From Clostridia bacterium (lineage in GTDB: Bacteria; Bacillota; Clostridia; Christensenellales; CAG-314), in the NCBI GenBank assembly GCA_017629595.1, contig JAGBWW010000066.1:1-42621 (forward strand): DNA of 42,621 bases, in the 5' to 3' direction. A program made the position numbers and the translations under genes. How positions within the stretch are numbered: position 1 is the first letter of the stretch; the number at the start of each line of letters is the position of its first letter. The notes under the pieces were generated by a model. The model did no database searches. It saw only the letters and a list, made by a program, of their open reading frames with translations, and had not been told where the DNA came from. Below are positions 26,331 to 36,830 of the stretch, in pieces.

Positions 26331-27062
26331 ATGACGATCATCAACTCAACGTCCAACAAGCAGGTGCAATTGTTGAAAAAACTTGCACAAAAAAAGTATC
26401 GCCAACAATACGGCTTGTATCTGGCAGAAGGTACGAGACTTGTATGTGATGCAATTCGCTTGGGTGCAAAAGTGGAGCAAATTTATCAAAGCCAATCGGC
26501 ATACGAAAAAAGTCCAATGGAAAATGCCGTTGTTCTTTCGGACAAGGTGTTTGAAACAATCTGCGACACGGTCAACACGCAAGGTGTTTTAGCAACAATC
26601 AAAGTGGAGCAAAAACCTTTTTCAAATGGAAATTGCCTTATTTTAGATGCCGTTGCAGACCCTGGCAACGTTGGTACTTTGTTGCGTACAGCGGCAGCCA
26701 CAGGATTTTATGACGTATTTTTGTGCAACTGCGCCGACGTCTATTCGTCAAAAGTCGTTCGCTCGGCAATGAGCGCACACTTTTTGTTGAATTTTCACGT
26801 TGTTGATTTGCCCACAGCATTTCAAACGGTAAAAGGTATGTCAGTCTATTGCGCTGATATGAATGGTCAAAATGTCTTTCAAACAACCTTTGTTGAACCT
26901 TTTGCCATTGTGTTGGGAAACGAAGCAAACGGCGTTTCACAATTTTCCAAAGATAACAGTACTGAAATCGTGTCTTTACCTATGGAAAATCAATTTGAAT
27001 CGCTCAACGTATCCGTCGCAGGTGGCGTTTTGATGTATTTGTCTAAAAACAATTGGAGGTAA
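26331..27062 (+). CDS. TrmH/SpoU-family RNA 2'-O-methyltransferase
   Basis: DPGNVGTLLRTA, LGNEANG, ESLNVSVA SPOUT motifs. Confidence 0.93.
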   Translation: MTIINSTSNKQVQLLKKLAQKKYRQQYGLYLAEGTRLVCDAIRLGAKVEQIYQSQSAYEKSPMENAVVLSDKVFETICDTVNTQGVLATIKVEQKPFSNGNCLILDAVADPGNVGTLLRTAAATGFYDVFLCNCADVYSSKVVRSAMSAHFLLNFHVVDLPTAFQTVKGMSVYCADMNGQNVFQTTFVEPFAIVLGNEANGVSQFSKDNSTEIVSLPMENQFESLNVSVAGGVLMYLSKNNWR

Positions 27063-27067
27063 CCAAT

Positions 27068-27805
27068 ATGTCCGGTCATAGCAAGTGGAACAATATTAAA
27101 AACAAAAAAGCAAAAGGCGATGCCGCACGCAGTCAAATCTTTACCAAAATTGGTCGTGAAATTGCAGTTGCAGTAAAAGCAGGTGGTGCAGACCCCAACT
27201 CCAACAGCAAACTTTATGACGTAATTCAAAAGGCAAAAGCAGCCAACATGCCCAACGACAACATTACTCGTTCCATCAAAAAGGCAAGTGGCGAACTAAA
27301 CGCAGTCAACTACGAAAACTTGACGTATGAAGGTTATGGCATTGCAGGAAGTGCAGTTATCGTTCAATGTTTGACGGATAACAAAAATCGTTCTGCAGGT
27401 GACGTAAGACACTGCTTCTCCAAATATGGTGGCGAATTGGGTCAAAGCAACTGCGTAAGTTTCATGTTTGAAAAGAAAGGTATCGTCGTTGCAGAAAACA
27501 ATCTCAATTTGGACAATGACGCCATTTTTGAACTTGCCATCAATTCCGGTGCAGACGATTTCCAACTTGACGAGGACGTCATTGAATTTACTTGTGATCC
27601 TTCTGCATTGTCCGACGTTCGTGACGGCATTGTAAGTAGTGGTTTGAATTTGATTTCAGCCGAAACGGAATTGTTGCCTCAAACAACAATCACCTTGGAA
27701 GGCGACAATCTTGTCAAATTTGAAAAAATGTTGGACGACCTCAACGCAAGTGACGACGTTCAAAACGTATATCACAACGTTGAGCTTCCCGAAGACGAAG
27801 ACTAA
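27068..27805 (+). CDS. yebC: YebC/PmpR-family protein
   Basis: MSGHSKWNNIK, YEGYG, TDNKNR, DDVQNVYHN; GGAGGT RBS gives ATG 27068. Confidence 0.97.
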   Translation: MSGHSKWNNIKNKKAKGDAARSQIFTKIGREIAVAVKAGGADPNSNSKLYDVIQKAKAANMPNDNITRSIKKASGELNAVNYENLTYEGYGIAGSAVIVQCLTDNKNRSAGDVRHCFSKYGGELGQSNCVSFMFEKKGIVVAENNLNLDNDAIFELAINSGADDFQLDEDVIEFTCDPSALSDVRDGIVSSGLNLISAETELLPQTTITLEGDNLVKFEKMLDDLNASDDVQNVYHNVELPEDED

Positions 27806-27812
27806 ATAAATC

Positions 27813-27844
27813 AAGCGTTCAGATAAAAATCTGGACGCTTTTTT
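27813..27844 (+). terminator. Terminator after yebC
   Basis: AAGCGTTCAGAT-aaaa-ATCTGGACGCTT + TTTT. Confidence 0.85.
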
Positions 27845-27871
27845 ATTTGCATTTATAAATTTTCCCAACAC

Positions 27872-27900
27872 TTGACTACTACTAAGAAAAAGTTTATTAT
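27872..27900 (+). promoter_or_regulatory. sigmaA promoter of ruvC operon, probably leaderless
   Basis: TTGACT (27872-27877), 17 nt, TATTAT (27895-27900); ATG 7 nt later, no SD. Confidence 0.65.
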
Positions 27901-27907
27901 TTATATT

Positions 27908-28408
27908 ATGAAAAGAGTTATTGGCATTGACCCCGGTCTTGCATTGGTTGGATACGGCGTAATTGATTCGGTGGGAAAAACTTACAAAGCAGTTGATTAT
28001 GGCGTTATCAAAACACCCAAAGAAGAGAGTGTTCCCGTTCGTCTTGCGCTTATTTACAAATCCACGATGGAACTTTTTGAAAAGTACAAACCGAGCGAAA
28101 TTGCTTTGGAAGAGTTGTTTTTCAACACAAATACAACAACTGCAATCAACGTTGCGCAAGCAAGAGGCATAATTTTACTTGCTGCAATTCACTATTGCGG
28201 TCGTTTGTATGAATACACTCCCCTGCAAATCAAAATGGCAATGACAGGATACGGTCGTGCAGACAAAAAACAAATTCAAGAAATGGTAAAACGCTATTTG
28301 AATTTGGAAAAAATTCCCAAACCTGACGATGCTGCCGACGGTTTGGCAGTGGCACTTACTCACTTGCAATCGGCAGGTACGTTGAAAGAAGCGTTTGCGA
28401 TAAAATAA
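27908..28408 (+). CDS. ruvC: Holliday junction resolvase RuvC
   Basis: IGIDPG, EELFF, QARG, EYTPLQIK, GYGRADK, DDAADGLA. Confidence 0.97.
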   Translation: MKRVIGIDPGLALVGYGVIDSVGKTYKAVDYGVIKTPKEESVPVRLALIYKSTMELFEKYKPSEIALEELFFNTNTTTAINVAQARGIILLAAIHYCGRLYEYTPLQIKMAMTGYGRADKKQIQEMVKRYLNLEKIPKPDDAADGLAVALTHLQSAGTLKEAFAIK

Positions 28409-28417
28409 GGAGAAGCA

Positions 28418-28990
28418 ATGTTTGATTTTATTTGCGGAGAAATTGTTGAAATTGGCGAAGGTTACGTTGTATTGAAAAACAACGGCATTGGTTTTTGCCT
28501 TACCGTATCTCAAAACACTTTGGCAAATTGTTCTCGTGGAAAAGAAGTGCAACTATTTTGTTATTTGCAAGTCCGTGAAGACGGTTGGACTTTGTACGGA
28601 TTTTCCACAAAAACGGAAAAAAATATGTTTTTGCAACTTATTTCGGTGTCCGGCGTTGGTTGCAAGGTAGCAATTGCAATTTTGTCGGCAACAACACCCG
28701 AAGTGTTGGCAAACGCAATCGTATCCGGCAATACGACGTCTCTTTGCTCTATCAAAGGTTTGGGCAAAAAGACAAGTGAAAGACTCATTTTGGAATTGCG
28801 CGAAAAAGTTTCTGCCTTTTGCAAAGATATTCAAGCAAAACAACTTTCACCCGAACAAAAAAACGCTTTGGCTGTGCTTGTTTCGTTGGGTTGTTCACAA
28901 GCGGACGCAACCGAGCGTGTGAAAGTTGCTTATGAAAACGGAGCAACAACGGTGCAAGAAATTATAAATGCTTCTTTAAGAATGAACTAA
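28418..28990 (+). CDS. ruvA: Holliday junction branch migration protein RuvA
   Basis: VREDG..LYGF, VSGVG.K and IKGLGKK HhH motifs, C-terminal LVSLG. Confidence 0.96.
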   Translation: MFDFICGEIVEIGEGYVVLKNNGIGFCLTVSQNTLANCSRGKEVQLFCYLQVREDGWTLYGFSTKTEKNMFLQLISVSGVGCKVAIAILSATTPEVLANAIVSGNTTSLCSIKGLGKKTSERLILELREKVSAFCKDIQAKQLSPEQKNALAVLVSLGCSQADATERVKVAYENGATTVQEIINASLRMN

Positions 28991-28991
28991 T

Positions 28992-30038
28992 ATGGACGAT
29001 TTGATTTACAGTACAATGTTGGATGGTGAAAGGGACAGCGAAAACCTTTTGCGTCCTAAATCTATGGATGAATATATTGGTCAAGAAACAATCAAAAACA
29101 ATTTGGCTGTATATATTCAAGCGGCAAAAAGACGTGGCGACAATTTGGACCACGTTTTGCTGTACGGACCTCCCGGATTGGGAAAAACTACGTTGGCACA
29201 CATCATTGCCAACGAGCTTGGCGTACCTATCACGGTAACAAGCGGTACGGCAATTCCTTCCAAGTTTGAAATGTCGGCAATTTTGTCAAAATTGCAACAC
29301 AACGAAGTGCTTTTCATTGATGAAATTCACCGTTTACCTGCATCGTTGGAGGAAATTTTGTATCCGGCGATGGAAGACTTTAAGTTGGATTTTGTTACGG
29401 GAAAAGGTCTTGCTGCAACGTCGGTAAACGTCCCTGTGGAAAAGTTTACGCTTATCGGCGCAACCACCAAGGCAGGCAATTTGGCAGCACCATTAAGAGA
29501 TCGTTTTGGTATGCAAATGCGCCTTGTACCCTATACTGACGACCAATTGAAACAAATTGTAATCAATTCTGCAAAACGATTAAACGTTGAAATTGACCAA
29601 AATGCAGCCCTTGAAATTGCAAAAAGAAGCCGTCAAACTCCTCGTATTGCAAATAGAATTTTGCGTCGTGTCCGTGACTTTGCCGAAGTTTTTTCGGGCG
29701 GTGTAATCAACCTTGAAATTACAAAAATTTCTCTTGAAAGAATGCAAATTGACTGTTTGGGTTTGGACAGTGTTGACAAAAATTTGATTGTAACGCTCAT
29801 TACCAAATTCAACGGTGGACCTGTCGGTCTAAACACGTTGGCAAGTGCAACGGGGGAAGACGCTTTGACCATTGAAGACGTTTACGAACCCTATTTGATG
29901 CAATTGGGCTTTATTGCACGTTCCCCCAGAGGTCGTGTATGTATGCCTAATGCATATAAACATTATGGAATTAAACCTACAAAAGAACAAATGACACAAA
30001 TGTCTTTGTTTGATTTGGAACAAAATGAAAACAAGTGA
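28992..30038 (+). CDS. ruvB: Holliday junction DNA helicase RuvB
   Basis: LRP, GPPGLGKTT, FIDEIHR, YPAMED, PLRDRFG, TPRIAN, EPYL. Confidence 0.98.
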   Translation: MDDLIYSTMLDGERDSENLLRPKSMDEYIGQETIKNNLAVYIQAAKRRGDNLDHVLLYGPPGLGKTTLAHIIANELGVPITVTSGTAIPSKFEMSAILSKLQHNEVLFIDEIHRLPASLEEILYPAMEDFKLDFVTGKGLAATSVNVPVEKFTLIGATTKAGNLAAPLRDRFGMQMRLVPYTDDQLKQIVINSAKRLNVEIDQNAALEIAKRSRQTPRIANRILRRVRDFAEVFSGGVINLEITKISLERMQIDCLGLDSVDKNLIVTLITKFNGGPVGLNTLASATGEDALTIEDVYEPYLMQLGFIARSPRGRVCMPNAYKHYGIKPTKEQMTQMSLFDLEQNENK

Positions 30039-31044
30039 TTTTTATTACGATTTACCCCAAGAATTAATTGCTCAAACACCAGCAGAACCAAGAGACTCTT
30101 CTCGTTTGTTGGTTTTTGACCGTCAAAACAATACGATTGAGCATAAAAAATTCTTCAATTTGCCCCAATTTTTGCAAAAAGGGGACGTTTTGGTGGTAAA
30201 CAATACAAAAGTTATACCTGCACGAATTTTCGGCAACAAAATTCCAACAGGCGGAAAAATTGAATTTTTATTGCTTAAACGAATTGATTACACCCATTGG
30301 GAAGTGTTGACCAAACCCGGTCGCATTGCAAAAGTGGGCGCACAATTTGCTTTTGGCGACAATTTAAAAGCAACCGTTTGTGATATAATTGACGGTGGCG
30401 TGCGTGTTGTGGAATTTCAATTTGATGGTGTTTTTGAAGACGTATTGGCTTGCGTTGGAGAAATGCCTTTGCCTCCTTATATCAAAGAAAAGTTGCAAAA
30501 TAAAGATCGTTATAACACCGTTTACAGCAAGGTGGACGGCTCTGCTGCGGCACCTACGGCAGGGCTTCACTTTACGCCCGAATTGTTGCAACAAATAAAA
30601 GATATGGGTGTGGAAATCGTTGATGTGTTGCTCAACGTCGGTTTGGGAACTTTCCGTCCTGTCAACGTTGAAGACGTGGAAACCCACAAAATGCACTCGG
30701 AATATTTTTCCGTAAGTCAAAAGTCTGCCGATACAATCAATAAAGCAAAACAAGAAGGTAGAAGAATCGTCGCAGTTGGTACGACGTCGGTAAGAGTTTT
30801 GGAAAGCGCATCACAAAACGGAGTGCTTGTTGCTTCCAGTGGAAATACCGAAATTTTTATCTATCCCCCCTACAAATTCCAAATTGTGGATGCTTTAATT
30901 ACCAACTTCCATTTACCCGAAAGCACTTTGCTTATGTTGGTTTCGGCACTTGCCACAAAAGAACAAATAATGTCCGTATATCAAAAGGCCGTAGAAGAAA
31001 AATATAGATTTTTCTCTTTTGGCGATGCAATGTTTATCAAATAA
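30025..31044 (+). CDS. queA: SAM:tRNA ribosyltransferase-isomerase QueA
   Basis: MKTSDFYYDLPQELIAQ, PLPPYI, AAPTAGLHF, GLGTF, VGTTSVR, TNFHLP, FFSFGDAM; start ATG 30025. Confidence 0.98.
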   Translation: MKTSDFYYDLPQELIAQTPAEPRDSSRLLVFDRQNNTIEHKKFFNLPQFLQKGDVLVVNNTKVIPARIFGNKIPTGGKIEFLLLKRIDYTHWEVLTKPGRIAKVGAQFAFGDNLKATVCDIIDGGVRVVEFQFDGVFEDVLACVGEMPLPPYIKEKLQNKDRYNTVYSKVDGSAAAPTAGLHFTPELLQQIKDMGVEIVDVLLNVGLGTFRPVNVEDVETHKMHSEYFSVSQKSADTINKAKQEGRRIVAVGTTSVRVLESASQNGVLVASSGNTEIFIYPPYKFQIVDALITNFHLPESTLLMLVSALATKEQIMSVYQKAVEEKYRFFSFGDAMFIK

Positions 31045-32169
<1,125 letters not shown>

Positions 32170-32189
32170 GCAAACAATGTAAATTTCAA

Positions 32190-32218
32190 TTGATTTTTAA
32201 GTGTTGTATGTGTATAAT
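32190..32218 (+). promoter_or_regulatory. sigmaA promoter of yajC
   Basis: TTGATT (32190-32195), 17 nt, TATAAT (32213-32218). Confidence 0.65.
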
Positions 32219-32247
32219 TGAAATATAATTTTAAGGAGCGAACAAAT

Positions 32248-32628
32248 ATGTTGTTAAATTTGATTAGTTTTTTTGAAGAAACACCTCAAGATAACTCCGG
32301 TTGGATTACTTGGATTGTTTTGGGCGTTATGCTCGTTGGCTTGATTTTGCTCACAGTTATTCCTCAAAAGAAACAAAAGAAAAAAACAGAAGAAATGATG
32401 TCAAAAATCGGTGTCGGCAGTGAAATCATCACAATCGGTGGCATTGTCGGTAAAATCGTAGAACTTGACGATTTGTACGTCACAATCAAAACGGGTGAAT
32501 TCGGTCAAGAATCTACAATCAAATTGTTGCGCCAAGGTATCCACTCTTTGGTACCCGATGGAACGGAAGCAGCAGACGTCATCAAATCAGGCAATGGCAA
32601 AAAAGACGAAACGGACGAAATCAAATAA
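32248..32628 (+). CDS. yajC: Preprotein translocase subunit YajC
   Basis: Single TM, IPQKKQ, GSEIITIGGIVGKI; after tgt; AAGGAG RBS gives ATG 32248. Confidence 0.93.
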   Translation: MLLNLISFFEETPQDNSGWITWIVLGVMLVGLILLTVIPQKKQKKKTEEMMSKIGVGSEIITIGGIVGKIVELDDLYVTIKTGEFGQESTIKLLRQGIHSLVPDGTEAADVIKSGNGKKDETDEIK

Positions 32629-32651
32629 TTTTGTTTAATAAAGTCAACCCA

Positions 32652-32691
32652 CTCCGAATAGACTATACCAGTCTGTTCGGAGGTTTTTTTT
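32652..32691 (+). terminator. Terminator after yajC that contains the next gene's RBS
   Basis: CTCCGAATAGACT-atacc-AGTCTGTTCGGAG + G + T8; GGAGG at 32679-32683. Confidence 0.85.
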
Positions 32692-33061
32692 GGAAAAAAC
32701 AATTAAAAACGGCCTTTGGTCGCAATCAATAAAAAGCGCAGTCGTGGCACTTTTAACAAGTGTTATTGCAATTTTAATTTTGTCAGTTTTGGCAAAATAT
32801 CTCACTTTTGGCGTTGACGTAATTCCCATTATCAATCAAATCATAAAAATCGTGGCAGTAGCAGTTGGCGTTGGCTTTGTTGTAAAGGGCGAAAAAAGCC
32901 TTTTCAAAGGCATTTTGGCTGGTGTTTTTTATTCAACTTTGTCACTTGCAATGTATTTGGCAATGGGTGGACAACTTGATTTTAGACACATATTGTTGGA
33001 CTTGGCACAAGCAGTTGCAGTAGGCAGTGTCGTTTCCATTTTAGTATCAAAAAGACGCTAA
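32690..33061 (+). CDS. Small 4-TM membrane protein, TIGR04086/YrzE-like
   Basis: 123 aa, four hydrophobic segments, KGILAG..Y; usual position after yajC in Firmicutes. Confidence 0.75.
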   Translation: MEKTIKNGLWSQSIKSAVVALLTSVIAILILSVLAKYLTFGVDVIPIINQIIKIVAVAVGVGFVVKGEKSLFKGILAGVFYSTLSLAMYLAMGGQLDFRHILLDLAQAVAVGSVVSILVSKRR

Positions 33062-33099
33062 AAAGTGCTATATATATAATATATTATTATAAAAAAATG

Positions 33100-33128
33100 T
33101 TGACAATTGACCTTTCCTAATATATACT
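33100..33128 (+). promoter_or_regulatory. sigmaA promoter of the secD-like gene
   Basis: TTGACA (33100-33105), 17 nt, TATACT (33123-33128); AT-rich upstream tract; AGGAGG RBS. Confidence 0.8.
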
Positions 33129-33161
33129 TTATGGGTATGTACCGATTATAGGAGGCATCAT

Positions 33162-34466
33162 ATGTCAAAAAAAGGTTCAATAGTTTTATTGAGTATATTA
33201 GTTGCAGTTTTATTGTTCGTTGGAGTATGTTCTTTGCTCCCCGACGATTTGGCTTACGGCAAATATGAAGAATATCACGCAGCAGTAAATCTCATTACAA
33301 AAGGCACAGATTTAGGCGAAAGCAGATACAGCATTTATACCTTGGATCAAGGTGAATTGTCTGATGCAGATTATGCTACAATTCAAAAAGGCATCATCAA
33401 GACGGCACAAAAACGTCTTGCAAAACTTGGCGTTCATTCTTATTCCTTATCTTGGGAAGGCGAAAACCTTACGGTTGTAATTCCCGATGACGGAACAACA
33501 ACGTTGATTTTCGGTTGCGTTGCTGCAATTGGCGAATTTGAATTTTTCACAGGTAGCTCATACAGTTCAACAGGCGCTTTCGTATCCACGGAAGATATTG
33601 CAAGAGCAACGAAACAACACTATTCTTATCAAGACCAAAGTTTGTGGATTTTGACGTTCCATCTCAAAGCAGATAGCAAAAACGTTCTCAAAAACTACAG
33701 CAAAATCACATCCTTGTACTTGGCAGTTGATAAAGACGGCGATGCAATGCAACAATATTCTTGTTCAATTGGCGACGGCGAATTTAGAATTTATTTGGAC
33801 GAAGCAAGCGAATCCACGGTTGATCGTTTTATCGCAATGATTTCCAGCGGTTCTTATATGCAATACGTTCCCGAAGTTGAAGATGCAGAAGAAGAATATG
33901 AACTTAAACTTATTCAAATTGACAACGACACACTCGCACCTTCCTTTGCAAGTGGTTGGTTGATTTGCTCTATTGTTTTGGCAGTTGTTCTTTTGGCAGT
34001 AGGCGCAATTCTCGTTGTTAAATACGGCGTACTTGGTGGCGCAACAGTTTTGTCCATCGCAACAGTTTTGATTGCAGGTTTGTTGTTCTCTGCATTCGTA
34101 TATTTCAACGCAATCACGATTTGGACGTTTGTCGCATTGATCGTTGTAATTGCAGTTATGGCTTACTTGTCCATTGATTCTTTTGCAAACATTAAAGCAA
34201 ATTATGCAACAGGCAAAACAGTCAGTGCAGCAATTAAAACAGGTTACAACAAGTCCATTGTCAAAAACCTCATTGTCAACGGTGCAATGCTCGTTCTCGG
34301 TGTAATTTTGTGGGTCATCCCTACGGTTACAACGTTTGTAGGTATTGTATTGACATACGGCGCAGTTCTTTCTGTCGCTGCAACGTTGGGTTTGAACCGT
34401 TTGTACACAGCATTGCTTTATCCCATTCACGAAGAAGATAACGCAAAATACGGTTTGTCCAAATAA
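33162..34466 (+). CDS. secD: Highly divergent SecD-like membrane protein
   Basis: N-terminal TM, KGTDLG (cf. LGLDLxGG), QKRL..LGV, large extracellular domain, five C-terminal TMs with GKTVSAAIKTGY; located between yajC and recJ. Confidence 0.7.
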   Translation: MSKKGSIVLLSILVAVLLFVGVCSLLPDDLAYGKYEEYHAAVNLITKGTDLGESRYSIYTLDQGELSDADYATIQKGIIKTAQKRLAKLGVHSYSLSWEGENLTVVIPDDGTTTLIFGCVAAIGEFEFFTGSSYSSTGAFVSTEDIARATKQHYSYQDQSLWILTFHLKADSKNVLKNYSKITSLYLAVDKDGDAMQQYSCSIGDGEFRIYLDEASESTVDRFIAMISSGSYMQYVPEVEDAEEEYELKLIQIDNDTLAPSFASGWLICSIVLAVVLLAVGAILVVKYGVLGGATVLSIATVLIAGLLFSAFVYFNAITIWTFVALIVVIAVMAYLSIDSFANIKANYATGKTVSAAIKTGYNKSIVKNLIVNGAMLVLGVILWVIPTVTTFVGIVLTYGAVLSVAATLGLNRLYTALLYPIHEEDNAKYGLSK

Positions 34467-34490
34467 TTTCAATAAACGAAACTAACCAAC

Positions 34491-34519
34491 AAACAGCCTT
34501 CTTATATAGAGGGCTGTTT
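34491..34519 (+). terminator. Terminator-like hairpin after secD-like gene
   Basis: AAACAGCCTTCT-tatat-AGAGGGCTGTTT followed by a T-rich tract. Confidence 0.75.
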
Positions 34520-34572
34520 GCTTATTTTTAATTGCAACCAAAAATTCAATTTTTTCATAAAAAAGAAGGAAA

Positions 34573-36792
34573 ATGAGTAAGAAATTTAGCAAAATTGACA
34601 ATTTCAATATGCAAGACGTGGCTTTTTTTTGTGAACAAAATTTGCCTTTGTCTTTTGCAAAAGTGCTTTCTCAAAAAGGGTTTACTGCCGAAAACTTTTG
34701 GCAATTTCTTTCAGGAGAAAAATTTCACGACCCTTACGAAATGTACTCAATGAAAGAAGCAGTCGCATTGGTCAAAAGCGCAATGACGGGTACAATCTTG
34801 ATTTGCGGAGATTATGACGCCGACGGCTTGACTGCAACTGCAATTTTGCATAATTATTTCAAAGCAAACGGAGTGGACTGCCACACCTTAATTCCTACAA
34901 GAGAACAAGGTTATGGTTTGCATTTGGAAAGCATTGAACAAAAACTTGCCCAATGCAACTATTCTTTGATTATCACTGTTGACTGTGGCATTTCCGAAAA
35001 AGAAACTATTGAATTTTTGCAACAAAAATACAACGTTTCAATATTGGTTACCGACCACCATGAATTGCCGGAAAATTTGCCTAACTGTGTTTGCTTAAAC
35101 CCCAAGTTGGGTTATCCATATCCTTTATTGTCGGGAGCAGGTGTTGCGTTTAAGTTGGTGGAAGCATTGACCAACTTGCATACTGCAAAACTTTATGCAG
35201 ATTTAGCGTGTGTTGGAACAATTGCCGACCTTATGCCCATTTTAGACGAAAATCGTTCCATTGTTTTGGCAGGATTAAACAATCTTAACAACGTTGGACT
35301 TAAAAAATTGGCACAAGCATCTCGTTGCAACAATCCACTTACGGCAAATGACGTGGCAATGCGAATTGCTCCGAAAATCAATGCGGCAGGCAGAGTGCAA
35401 TCTCCACTTGTTGCTTTGGACCTTTTGTGCAACGACAGTATGGATGCTTTGGAACAACTTTTTGTGCTTAACGACGTAAGAAAAACGTTGAGCGACGAAA
35501 TGTTGGAGTTTGCCAACAAAAATTTTAATTTGGCACAACAAAGTAAAGAAAGACTTATTTTCGTATATGGCACGGGTTTTAAACACGGTGTGATAGGTAT
35601 TGTTGCAAACAATCTAAAAACGCAATACAACGTACCTTGTGTTGCTTTAACTCAAGACGGTGACAATTTCGTTGGCTCTGCTCGGGGGATTGACGGTATA
35701 AATTTGTTTCAACTTTTTGATAATGCAAGTCATTTGTTAGTCAAATTTGGTGGCCACAGCGGAAGCGTTGGCTTTACCGTTTCAAAGGAAAATCTTTTAC
35801 CTTTGCAAAACCATCTAAAAAATCAATTGAAACATGTGAATTCCTCCGTTTTTAAGGGCGTAAATTCTTACGATTTAGAAATGGAGAAAGACGTTGATTT
35901 TCAAGCGTATTGCGCTTTGGCTGACCTTGTTCGTCCGGCATTACCCTCTGACGAAGTTGTTTTTTATCTAAAAACAACGGCAATTTCGGCACGTTTGTTT
36001 GGCAAAGAAAGTGAACACTTAGAAATAATAACTTCATTTGGTTTGCGACTTGTATATTTTTACGGAAAGCAATATTTTGATGCTTTGTCAAGTGGCGCCG
36101 AAGCAGAATTTACCTTCACTTTGGAAAAAGACAATTTCTACAAATCTTATTGTGGTGTAGTAAACGCTGTCAAAATTGACAATTCGTTGCATTTTGATAA
36201 GTTATACAAATTGAACTACATAAACAATTTAAGTCAAGAAAGTCGCCAATTTATTACTGAAAGGCAATTTCTCAATACGATTGCGCAAGAAAACGTCACT
36301 TTGGTGGTGGACACTTTTGATACCTATCAAAATTTGTCAAAACAGTTTGATTTATCGCAATTTGAAGTCAACTATTTCACCGAAGTTTCTTCTTGTGGAA
36401 AGCAAGTGCTTGTTTCTCCCAAAGAAGTAAAATTTGATGCGTTGGAAAACGTCGTCGTCATTGACGGAAACGACCTTTACGCAAAGTGGTGCGACAATGC
36501 AAAATATTTCGCACTAAATTCCAATGATTGGCTTTTGAGTAGCGTATCACTTAATCGTGATTTGTGCGTATTGGTGTTTGGCGTATTAAAGAAAAAATCT
36601 CGCTTTGACAGTCTTGACGATTGTTACGAAAAATATTTACTTTCCAAAATGGACCACGTAACTTTTCGTATGTGCATAAAGGTTTTTGAAGAATTGCACC
36701 TTGTCGAAATTGAAAGTAAATATCAAATAAAAATCAGTTCAATAAAGGTTGATTTGTCCGATTCTTCAATTTTTACTCATTTTACAAAATAA
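34573..36792 (+). CDS. recJ: ssDNA exonuclease RecJ
   Basis: GDYDADG, GYG, TVDCG, TDHH, GTIADL, PKINAAGR, GSAR, FGGH. Confidence 0.95.
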   Translation: MSKKFSKIDNFNMQDVAFFCEQNLPLSFAKVLSQKGFTAENFWQFLSGEKFHDPYEMYSMKEAVALVKSAMTGTILICGDYDADGLTATAILHNYFKANGVDCHTLIPTREQGYGLHLESIEQKLAQCNYSLIITVDCGISEKETIEFLQQKYNVSILVTDHHELPENLPNCVCLNPKLGYPYPLLSGAGVAFKLVEALTNLHTAKLYADLACVGTIADLMPILDENRSIVLAGLNNLNNVGLKKLAQASRCNNPLTANDVAMRIAPKINAAGRVQSPLVALDLLCNDSMDALEQLFVLNDVRKTLSDEMLEFANKNFNLAQQSKERLIFVYGTGFKHGVIGIVANNLKTQYNVPCVALTQDGDNFVGSARGIDGINLFQLFDNASHLLVKFGGHSGSVGFTVSKENLLPLQNHLKNQLKHVNSSVFKGVNSYDLEMEKDVDFQAYCALADLVRPALPSDEVVFYLKTTAISARLFGKESEHLEIITSFGLRLVYFYGKQYFDALSSGAEAEFTFTLEKDNFYKSYCGVVNAVKIDNSLHFDKLYKLNYINNLSQESRQFITERQFLNTIAQENVTLVVDTFDTYQNLSKQFDLSQFEVNYFTEVSSCGKQVLVSPKEVKFDALENVVVIDGNDLYAKWCDNAKYFALNSNDWLLSSVSLNRDLCVLVFGVLKKKSRFDSLDDCYEKYLLSKMDHVTFRMCIKVFEELHLVEIESKYQIKISSIKVDLSDSSIFTHFTK

Positions 36793-36793
36793 T

Positions 36794-36823
36794 TTGCAAA
36801 TAGCAATAAAAGTGTGGTATAAT
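36794..36823 (+). promoter_or_regulatory. sigmaA promoter of rel operon, probably leaderless
   Basis: TTGCAA (36794-36799), 18 nt, TG-n-TATAAT (36818-36823); ATG 7 nt later, no SD. Confidence 0.7.
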
Positions 36824-36830
36824 TAACGAT

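Noticed and set aside
33068-33097. TA-rich tract as a phase-variable microsatellite
   Set aside because: Short, interrupted and upstream of the -35 box; more simply an UP-element-like AT tract.
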